Positions 16,811 to 25,636 of a DNA stretch of 64,000 nucleotides are shown one piece after another. The notes beneath the pieces are model-generated. The model was not told the origin of the DNA, did not search any database, and saw nothing but the letters and a program-made list of their open reading frames with translations. Location: positions 5,229 through 69,228 of the forward strand of contig CAZRYF010000016.1 in NCBI GenBank assembly GCA_964604165.1, written 5' to 3'. How positions within the stretch are numbered: position 1 is the first letter of the stretch; each line of letters starts with the position of its first letter. The translations under genes and the position numbers were made by a program. The stretch comes from an uncultured Enterobacterales bacterium. Its GTDB lineage: Bacteria; Myxococcota_A; UBA796; CAJQPC01.

Positions 16811-18403
16811 TCAGCGCAGGTGGGTCCCCAGGGTGAGTCCATGTTCCAGGGAGGAGGTCCAGACGTCTGCGTAGGGGTAGGGAACGCCCCGGAACTCGTA
16901 CCGCAGCACCAGGTCTCTGCGGTGGCTAAGGGGCATAGCAAGCTGGGCAGCCACACCCGGGGCCAGGGTTGTCGTTGCCTGGCGATGGGGGCCGCCCTGG
17001 TCCTCAAAAAAGCGCCAGGGAACGACCCATTCCACCTGTGGACCCACCCGGAACCGCCGGCCAGGAGCACCCAACGGAGCGACCATCCCGAGGGCCGCGG
17101 CCCCGGATTGAACGGTCGTGAGGGGTCCCTGCTCCTCGACGATTCCGCTCCCATAGGTGGCTCGGAGTCGAATCGAAGGGGACATCCAGGACGGCCCGAC
17201 AGTCAGCCACTTGTGGGCTTGGACCTCCAGGGACACGGGGTTCATCACCCCTGCGCCGGGTCCGTGGCGAAGCACGGCGCCCGCGGCCAGTCCCACCTCA
17301 GATTCGAAAAGCAGATCCTCGGCCCGGTAGGTTTTTCCTGCCTCCAGGCGAACGCGCCGTCGAACCAGCGTCTGGTTCTGGGCGTCTCGAATCTCGATGA
17401 CATGGGCGCCGGGGGCCACATCGATCACGTCGGGCAGCACCCCCCGGGGCTGGCCATCCACCAGGACCGCCCCCTTGGCGAGAATGGCGTCGGCCGCGGT
17501 CAGTAGTGCCCGTTCAGCGTGACTCCGGGTGGAATCGTTCCCGGCAAGGTAGATCTTCTCCCGGCCCACAATACGGAATTCGGCTCGCGGAACCTGCATC
17601 CCGCCCGTGTGTTCGATGGTGGCGTCCCGCGCCCAGTCGTGGGCTTCCGTCACATCTACCAGGCCGTCTCGATCCAGATCCGCGGTGCGGGCAGAGTCTG
17701 TCAGGGCATCAATGAGAAAGTGCGTGTAGACCCCGTTTTCCAATTTGGGGTCCTCCATGGCTGGCTGGTAATACTGGGCGGCGTACAGCCGGGCCTCGGA
17801 TTCACTGACGTTTCGCAGACTGCGGGGTGGAGGCGGATCCCCTTTCAGTCCAGCAAGCAGCTTGGAGGTCTCGCTGCCCAGGGAGGACTTGTCCCGGCCA
17901 TTGTGGCAGGTGTCCAGGACCAGTACCCTGCGCCGGGCATCCACCGCCCCCACGGTCTCCTCCAGCCAGTCCACCGCCAAGCCTGTCTCTTTCGCCTTGG
18001 AGAGCACCCCGTCGGAGGGCAAGAACCACAAGCGAGTGCCCTCCGTGGGGTCCAGGGTCAGGGTGCCGTGTCCCGACATGTACAGCAGAAAGGTGTCATC
18101 TCGCTGGAGGCCGGAGGTGGCCTCATGGATCGCTGTCTCGATCTGGGTTCGGCTGGCGGTCTTTTGCGTGTCGAGTACGCGCACGTGGTCAAACCCGGCG
18201 TCTCCCCCCAACGCAGCGGCCAGGTCTCGAGCGTCCTTTCCCGAAAAGCGCAGGGGGGCCAACTCCGGGTCTCCGTAGTTGTCCACGCCGACCAGCAGGG
18301 CGACGCGGCGGGGGGCGTAGGCCGTCTCCAGGTCCGCCGGTGTCGGCGTGGAACCCAGGCTGCCGGCCAGGGCCACGGGCAGAAAGAGAAGAGAACCAAT
18401 CAT
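16811..18403 (-). CDS. Secreted caspase-family (peptidase C14) protein with PEGA-like and C-terminal beta-rich domains
   Basis: Signal peptide 'MIGSLLFLPVALAGS'. 'VALLVGVDNYGD', 'FLLYMSGHGT' (His) and 'VLVLDTCHNG' (Cys) form the caspase dyad. 'DLDRDGLVDVTE' is a Ca-binding-like loop. 'VLVDGQPRGVLPDVIDVAPGAHVIEIR' is PEGA-like. About 190 aa of alternating beta-strand pattern follow at the C-terminus. ATGA overlap with the upstream gene. Confidence 0.8.
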   Translation of the reverse strand: MIGSLLFLPVALAGSLGSTPTPADLETAYAPRRVALLVGVDNYGDPELAPLRFSGKDARDLAAALGGDAGFDHVRVLDTQKTASRTQIETAIHEATSGLQRDDTFLLYMSGHGTLTLDPTEGTRLWFLPSDGVLSKAKETGLAVDWLEETVGAVDARRRVLVLDTCHNGRDKSSLGSETSKLLAGLKGDPPPPRSLRNVSESEARLYAAQYYQPAMEDPKLENGVYTHFLIDALTDSARTADLDRDGLVDVTEAHDWARDATIEHTGGMQVPRAEFRIVGREKIYLAGNDSTRSHAERALLTAADAILAKGAVLVDGQPRGVLPDVIDVAPGAHVIEIRDAQNQTLVRRRVRLEAGKTYRAEDLLFESEVGLAAGAVLRHGPGAGVMNPVSLEVQAHKWLTVGPSWMSPSIRLRATYGSGIVEEQGPLTTVQSGAAALGMVAPLGAPGRRFRVGPQVEWVVPWRFFEDQGGPHRQATTTLAPGVAAQLAMPLSHRRDLVLRYEFRGVPYPYADVWTSSLEHGLTLGTHLR

Positions 18404-19083
18404 GGGGCCACCTCCACCATCCTGGCATCACAGGACCAGCCTTGCCCACGTGCTCGCTGGCAAAGGTGGGCAGGGTCTCCGCTGAGCGTCTCCACAAGGG
18501 CCAGGGAAGACAGAGGTTCTTTGTGGCCCACGAGGGCGAAGAACCCTTGGGAGTCGGAGGCGTCAAGGGACCAGGCATGGACAGAGTGGGACTCTCCCAG
18601 GTCGCTTTGACCCGCTTCCATGAACTGGGTGGCCACAACCTCCACGGAGTCCGCCGCATGGACCAGGTACACCCACCCGGGGTCGGAGAGATGGGCCCGG
18701 AAGAACAGGGTGTCTCCTTTGGAGTACTGCGTGCCCACCGCGTGACGAGAGATGGTCTCTCCCTGTTTCACGGCCATCTTCAACGAAAGGGAAGGAGCGG
18801 TTGCCTCCAGTCCCTTGGCCACCATGTGGTCGGTGTTCTTCGGCTCTTCCAGCCCGGGCGCCTGGATCCACATGAGCGCGGACGCCGCCAGGGCCAGTCC
18901 GACGCCGGCCCAGATTCGCCGCGGTGCCCGACGTGGGCGGATGCCCCACTCTTCATCGACTTGAGAGAGGGTGCGCTCGGCGAGTCCTGGTGGCAGGGAG
19001 GCGGTGGCCAGGGAACTCCGCACTGCGGGTGTTGGCTCGGGCTCGTCCCCCAGCAACCACTCTTTGAGTGCTGCTTCATGCAT
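18400..19083 (-). CDS. Single-pass anti-sigma factor candidate with DUF4384-like extracytoplasmic domain
   Basis: Lies immediately after, and overlaps, the ECF sigma gene. One TM helix 'IWAGVGLALAASALMWI'. The periplasmic part contains 'YSKGDTLFFRAHLSDPGWVYLVHA'. The start is ATG 19083 or 19092 (AAGGA upstream). Confidence 0.6.
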   Translation of the reverse strand: MHEAALKEWLLGDEPEPTPAVRSSLATASLPPGLAERTLSQVDEEWGIRPRRAPRRIWAGVGLALAASALMWIQAPGLEEPKNTDHMVAKGLEATAPSLSLKMAVKQGETISRHAVGTQYSKGDTLFFRAHLSDPGWVYLVHAADSVEVVATQFMEAGQSDLGESHSVHAWSLDASDSQGFFALVGHKEPLSSLALVETLSGDPAHLCQRARGQGWSCDARMVEVAP

Positions 19084-19615
19084 CGGGGGCATCCTTCGCG
19101 AGAGCGACTCGAAGAGCCGCCCTTGCCCGGGAGATACGGGCGCGGGCGTTGTCCGGGGAGATTCCCACCATTTGGGCGACCTCCCGGTGGTCGAATCCCT
19201 GAACTGGCCCCAGGAGAAAGGCCTCTCGCAGAGGATCTGGCAAAGAGGCAATGGCGGCTTCCACGTCCAGGGTTCCGCCGGCGGGGCGGGTGGTTCTGGA
19301 CTTGTGCTCCCGGTCCAACTCCACCTCTTCAATGCGGCGACCGCTCGTGCGCAGGGCGTCGTGGAAGGTGTTTGCCGCAATTCGAAACAGCCAAGGTTTG
19401 AACATCTGGCCTGTCTTGAAGGTGCTGCGGCTGCGGTAGACCTTGAGCCAGGTCTCCTGGAAGAGGTCTTCCGCCTGGACCCCACGGCGGGTGCGTCGCA
19501 CCAGGAAACCGTAGACGGATCCCTGGTGTCTCTCAAAGAGGGCCTGGTAGCTGGGCCTGTCCCCGTGCTGCACCCGGAGCATCAGTTCCTCGTCTGTGAG
19601 AGTGATGCGTGACAT
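19076..19615 (-). CDS. ECF-type RNA polymerase sigma-70 factor
   Basis: Region 2 'DLFQETWLKVYRSR' and region 4 'REAFLLGPVQGFDHREVAQMVGISPDNARARISRARAALR'. The 179-aa size is typical of ECF sigmas. Confidence 0.85.
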   Translation of the reverse strand: MSRITLTDEELMLRVQHGDRPSYQALFERHQGSVYGFLVRRTRRGVQAEDLFQETWLKVYRSRSTFKTGQMFKPWLFRIAANTFHDALRTSGRRIEEVELDREHKSRTTRPAGGTLDVEAAIASLPDPLREAFLLGPVQGFDHREVAQMVGISPDNARARISRARAALRVALAKDAPDA

Positions 19616-19632
19616 GGACTGTCAGTGGGGCA

Positions 19633-21180
19633 CTACGCCCTTTGGCGGGTGGGTGTGACAGGAAATCGCAGTCCCGCTGCCGCCAGAACACTCAGAAGGA
19701 GGCAGAGCATCGGGAACCAATCCCCGTGCTTCCGGTAGAAGGTGTCGATGCGGCCGGGTTTGATCTCGACCACCCGGGCGACCTCCTCATAGGGGGCGGT
19801 CTCATGGGAGATGCGGCCCACAGGGTCGGCGTTGAGGCTGACGCCGGTGTAGGCCACTCTGTACATGGGAATCCCCAGCTCCACCGTGCGGTTGATGGAG
19901 AGCATGGCGTGCTGGTGAGGTGCAAACATACTGCCGAACCAACCGTCGTTGGTCACGTTGACAATCAGATCCCCCGCCGAGTGGTTCTTTCGAATGAACG
20001 GTCCCAGGATGGCCTCGTAGCAGATGGCCACCGTGAAACGGAAGCCCGGGGCCTCAAAGACGACCGGCTTGTCACCAGCCTCGAAGTCTCCTGGGCCCTT
20101 GATCCACTCTTTGAGAATCGGAAAGGTGTCGGCCAGGGGGATGTACTCTCCGAAGGGGAGCGGCACCATCTTGTCGTATCGGTCTGCCAGCTCTCCGTCT
20201 TCATTCACCAGGTAGACGGAATTACGGTACTCGCGAAACTTGCGGCCGGTGTCTGGGTCGACCTTTCGCTCAGAGAATCCCGCGCCGAGCAGGAGCGGTG
20301 CTCCGAGATTGCGGGTGACATTCTCCAGGAAACCCCGAATCCGATAGGCGCTGTTGGGTCGGGGATCGTGCAGGATGGCCCCTTCCGGCCAAACGACAAG
20401 GTCTACATCCTCCCGGATCAGGCGATCACTCAAGATCTTCCAGGAGCGAAGCGTCTCCACGGCGGATTGCGCCATGCGCACCTGCATGGTGACCTCGTGT
20501 TGGATCTGAGTGACGCGGACCGTGGGCCAGGTCTCGGTGATTGCATCGATGCGCTCTACGCGGGCGGCTCCCCAGGCCGCATTGGCAAGAGCCAGTCCCG
20601 TAGCCCCTGCCAGGAGTCCCCGCGGCGCCCCCGCCCCTTCACGCGCCCGGTAGATCCACTCTGCAATGGCGCAATTGAGGAAGAGGATCAGCCAGGAGAC
20701 GCCGGCTGTTCCGGTCACGCTCGCAAGCTGAATGACCGGGAGTACCTTGTACTGGAAGGAGCCCACAAAGAACGGAAACAGCGACCAGATAAAGAACTCC
20801 AGCACCACGAACCAGCAGGGAATCAGCAACGTCCAGGCCGCGCCATAGCGGCGGCGGATCTGCGGCACCCAAGCAAAAGCCAGGGCCCATGGAATCGCGA
20901 AGAAGAGTGCGTACAAATGCACCGCTACGATGCACAGGATGGGGGGCACATTGGAGTAGATGACGAGGGTTTCTGCCAGCCAGAAAAAGCAGGTGCAGAG
21001 GCCTGCGTAGCCGGTGAGATAGGCCAGGACGGTGTTTCCGGCGGTGTCGTCCTCCCGCAGTGACCAAAGCAGGGGCACGTAGAGCACCCAGGTCAGGTGA
21101 GCCCAATTCAGCGGTGGCGAGACGATTGCCAACCCCAGGCCTGAAAGGATGGCTGCAGCAAATCGGCCCGGCGTAATCAT
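19633..21180 (-). CDS. lnt: Apolipoprotein N-acyltransferase
   Basis: Polytopic N-terminus plus a CN-hydrolase domain with 'VAICYEAILGPF' (catalytic Cys) and 'NVTNDGWFG'. The ATG at 21180 ('MITPGRFAAAIL') removes a spurious N-terminal extension that mirrors the neighbour's repeat. Confidence 0.85.
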   Translation of the reverse strand: MITPGRFAAAILSGLGLAIVSPPLNWAHLTWVLYVPLLWSLREDDTAGNTVLAYLTGYAGLCTCFFWLAETLVIYSNVPPILCIVAVHLYALFFAIPWALAFAWVPQIRRRYGAAWTLLIPCWFVVLEFFIWSLFPFFVGSFQYKVLPVIQLASVTGTAGVSWLILFLNCAIAEWIYRAREGAGAPRGLLAGATGLALANAAWGAARVERIDAITETWPTVRVTQIQHEVTMQVRMAQSAVETLRSWKILSDRLIREDVDLVVWPEGAILHDPRPNSAYRIRGFLENVTRNLGAPLLLGAGFSERKVDPDTGRKFREYRNSVYLVNEDGELADRYDKMVPLPFGEYIPLADTFPILKEWIKGPGDFEAGDKPVVFEAPGFRFTVAICYEAILGPFIRKNHSAGDLIVNVTNDGWFGSMFAPHQHAMLSINRTVELGIPMYRVAYTGVSLNADPVGRISHETAPYEEVARVVEIKPGRIDTFYRKHGDWFPMLCLLLSVLAAAGLRFPVTPTRQRA

Positions 21181-21261
21181 CGAGGGGCGATAGCCTGCTG
21201 GCGCGAGGCTGTCAGCCCCCTTGGCGCCGGGAGGAGCCGGGAGTACTATGGGGCCCTTGGA

Positions 21262-22458
21262 GTGTGGATGATGCTTGTTCTGTGGATGTTGGGTGGATGG
21301 GTGTGGGCGGAACCGGTCGACGGGGCCCTGGAGAGTGTTCCCGCGGTGGAAGAGGCGCCGGCCGTGGAAGAGGCGCCGGCCGTGGAAGAGGCGCCGGCCG
21401 TGGAAGAGGCGCCGGCCGTGGAAGAGGCGCCGGCGTTTGGGGGGATCACGGAGGAAGAACTGCACGCCCTGGAGGCTGCATCCTTTTACAAGATTGGGTT
21501 GGAGTTGGTGGCGCGCGGGTCCTTTGCCGAGGCGCTGGCGATTTTTCGGCAGGTGGAGGACCGCTATCCTGTGACAGCTGCCTCAGCGGGGGCCGCCGGT
21601 CAGATCGCGGCCTTGGAGGCCCTTGCCCAGGCTGGAAACCTTGAGACCCCTCGAGGCGGGCTGGATGGCGTGACGGAGCTCGCCATCAACCAGGCCATCG
21701 CCATGCCCCTGATCATGGGTCTGCTCCTGCCGGGGGCTACATTTCAACCCGGGGAGCCCCTGGTTCCTGTGGCCATGGGCATGGCTGGGATGGGGGTTGG
21801 AATCGGCGGGGCCATGGTCCTGGACCAGATCCGGGGTGTGGACACAGCGTTCGCCATGTCCCTGTTCACGGGAGAGTGGCTGGGGGCCCTGAACGGGCTC
21901 GCGGTCTCCGCAAAGTGGCCCCCTCGCGGCTACAGGGGGCTCTGGGCAGAGACCTTGACGGGCACCTTGTTGGGTGCTGGAGCTGCAGTGGCGGCGAATC
22001 AGTACTTGGATGTGACTGCAGGGCAGGTGGCTTCCATGAACACCGGCGCTTTGTGGGGGGGGTATGCTGGCCTTATGTCCCAGGAGTTTGACACCCCGGC
22101 AGACGGCCTCGTGAGAACCACTGCCTTCGTGAACAGCGGTGCCTTGATTGGGGCGGCATTGGGCACCCGGTTTGACCCTGATCGGAGGCGTGTGAACATG
22201 ATCACGCTCTCAGGGGTTGCCGGTACGGCCATGGCGGGGGGGACGGCGATTCTGCTGAACTTCTATGGCAGCTTGTACGACGATGAGCCTACGGTGGCGC
22301 TGATCATGGGCGGTTCAGCCGCGGGCCTGGGCCTTGGAGCATTCTTGACCCGGAACGCTGACCCGCACCGCGGTGCCGTGGCTGCATCGTCCTTGCAGTT
22401 GGCTCCCTTCGCGGGTCAGAACGGGGAGCTGGGCCTTGGAGCACAGGGGACCTGGTAG
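21262..22458 (+). CDS. Hypothetical Gly/Ala-rich membrane protein with (PAVEEA)x5 linker
   Basis: Signal-like 'MWMMLVLWMLGGWVWA', a 5x 6-aa tandem repeat, a TPR-like helix pair 'FYKIGLELVARGSFAEALAIFRQVEDRYP', then several Gly-rich hydrophobic segments. Confidence 0.55.
   Translation: MWMMLVLWMLGGWVWAEPVDGALESVPAVEEAPAVEEAPAVEEAPAVEEAPAVEEAPAFGGITEEELHALEAASFYKIGLELVARGSFAEALAIFRQVEDRYPVTAASAGAAGQIAALEALAQAGNLETPRGGLDGVTELAINQAIAMPLIMGLLLPGATFQPGEPLVPVAMGMAGMGVGIGGAMVLDQIRGVDTAFAMSLFTGEWLGALNGLAVSAKWPPRGYRGLWAETLTGTLLGAGAAVAANQYLDVTAGQVASMNTGALWGGYAGLMSQEFDTPADGLVRTTAFVNSGALIGAALGTRFDPDRRRVNMITLSGVAGTAMAGGTAILLNFYGSLYDDEPTVALIMGGSAAGLGLGAFLTRNADPHRGAVAASSLQLAPFAGQNGELGLGAQGTW
21346..21435 (+). 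repeat. Perfect 5 x 18-bp tandem repeat (encodes (V/A)EEAPA x5)
   Basis: GTGGAAGAGGCGCCGGCC is repeated head-to-tail five times. Only the final base of the last unit differs. In frame within the 21262-22458 CDS. Confidence 0.95.
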
Positions 22459-22462
22459 ATTC

Positions 22463-23107
22463 TTAGAAAGACCAGGTCACCTCTCGGTTCTCAAGCTTGA
22501 GCAGCACCGTGCCCGTTCCGGTGCCGGTTTCGGACCACCAGCTATCCAACAAGGTGACAAGCATGTAGGACAGGTCCTCGGTCACCGGGTCGTTGCAGGT
22601 GTCTCCCTGGTCGTTGTGCACAATGAAAAGCTCCACTTCTGGAGGCGAGTCACTGGAGAACTCCCGGTTCCAGCACACGTCAATGTAGTGCTCGGTACAG
22701 CCACCTGTGTACCCGACGCTCAACTCAAGCAGGTTGCGGTCCGTCACGTTCATGGAGCTTAGCGTGAGGGCTGCGCTGTCCATCTCGGCAGGGCAGTCCA
22801 CAACGGGGGGATTGTCGAGCCGGCCGATGCCCGTGTCCATACTGGTGTCTACGTCCGCATCGCTGTCAGAGTCGCTGTCGGCGTCGGTGTCAGAGTCACT
22901 GTCAGAGTCGCTGTCGGCGTCGCTGTCGGCGTCAGCGTCTCCGCCTTTGCCTCCGCTGGCTGGTACGCAGGTTCCCTCGTTGGTCATGAGGTACCCCTCC
23001 ATGCAGGCCGTGGGCTTGCAGGCGCTGAGGAGTAGGAGGGAGAGCAGGGTCACAACTGGCAATGTAGTCTTCGAACCCGGTGCAATGCCAGGGTGGCCCC
23101 GAAGCAA
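22463..23107 (-). CDS. Hypothetical lipoprotein with Asp/Ser/Ala acidic linker
   Basis: TTG start gives 'MLRGHPGIAPGSKTTLPVVTLLSLLLLSAC' (lipobox LSAC). A 31-aa 'DADADSDADSDSDSDSDTDADSDSDSDADVD' tract precedes a Cys-containing globular domain. Confidence 0.55.
   Translation of the reverse strand: MLRGHPGIAPGSKTTLPVVTLLSLLLLSACKPTACMEGYLMTNEGTCVPASGGKGGDADADSDADSDSDSDSDTDADSDSDSDADVDTSMDTGIGRLDNPPVVDCPAEMDSAALTLSSMNVTDRNLLELSVGYTGGCTEHYIDVCWNREFSSDSPPEVELFIVHNDQGDTCNDPVTEDLSYMLVTLLDSWWSETGTGTGTVLLKLENREVTWSF
22847..22939 (-). repeat. Imperfect GAC-NNN hexanucleotide repeat tract (Asp-Ser/Ala/Thr linker)
   Basis: gtcgctgtc/ggcgtc/agagtc-type units encode DADADSDADSDSDSDSDTDADSDSDSDADVD. Confidence 0.8.
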
Positions 23108-23135
23108 GAACCCCCAGCCCGAAGGCTGGGGGTTC
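23108..23135 (-). terminator. groEL 3' GC-rich hairpin (terminator candidate)
   Basis: Perfect 12-bp inverted repeat GAACCCCCAGCC-cgaa-GGCTGGGGGTTC, 22 nt after the groEL stop. Only a weak T-tract follows (TTGCTTCGG), and it abuts the next gene's TTG start. Confidence 0.45.
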
Positions 23136-23157
23136 GAAAAGACGCTGGTTTGGGGGA

Positions 23158-25174
<2,017 letters not shown>

Positions 25175-25289
25175 GATGTAGTACCTCTTGCGATTTGGGA
25201 GGCAGGAGGTAGGCACGGCGCGGGCATTCGTCAACCCCTACCGCCACCTTTTTTTGGTTGGGGAGCACAATAGTTTTGGGCCCGGGCCG

Positions 25290-25328
25290 CCAAAAACAAA
25301 CGCGGGGAGACCGGCTGGCCTCCCCGCG
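25290..25328 (-). terminator. Strong Rho-independent terminator, minus-strand specific, with no annotated gene upstream
   Basis: The minus-strand RNA reads CGCGGGGAGGCC-AGCC-GGUCUCCCCGCG followed by UUUGUUUUUGG: a 12-bp stem with one G.U pair and a 4-nt loop. On the plus strand the same position is an A.C mismatch and there is no U-tract. It lies upstream of the candidate groES promoter. Confidence 0.55.
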
Positions 25329-25636
25329 AGGTGTTTGGAAAAGGGACGATGCGGCGAATTCCGCCTCGTCTTTCCCTTGGCTTCAGTGGACAGGTCAGGG
25401 CAGGGAAGAATGTGTCCACCAAAGACGGATGGAAAAGAAGCAGGAAGCGTGCCGAAATTGCAACCCGCTGGAATTCGGTGGTTTCAGGAGGACGGAATCC
25501 CCGAATGCCCTGTGGATCACGACACGATTGTCACGGTGAATCGCTGTAGGGAGTTGACGCTTGTTTTCTCGGGATTAGCTTCCGGTCAAGACACGACCGG
25601 CACGGGATTCGGTCGGGCAACTTTGAAGAGGTACAC

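Noticed and set aside
17519-19401. Long plus-strand ORFs (363 and 524 aa) across the caspase, anti-sigma and sigma genes.
   Set aside because: Antisense shadows of the minus-strand operon. The translations are Pro/Arg/Gly low complexity, and the minus-strand products have clear sigma-70 and caspase motifs.
19633-21465. Extended 610-aa version of Lnt with an N-terminal 'RRLFHG' x5 repeat.
   Set aside because: The repeat is the reverse-complement reading of the (PAVEEA)x5 repeat in the divergent gene. The Lnt homology and first TM helix begin at the internal ATG at 21180.
25231-25422. A 63-aa minus-strand ORF in the groES-dnaK spacer.
   Set aside because: It reads straight through the strong terminator hairpin and U-tract and ends inside the candidate groES promoter. 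No SD is present and the composition is not coding-like.
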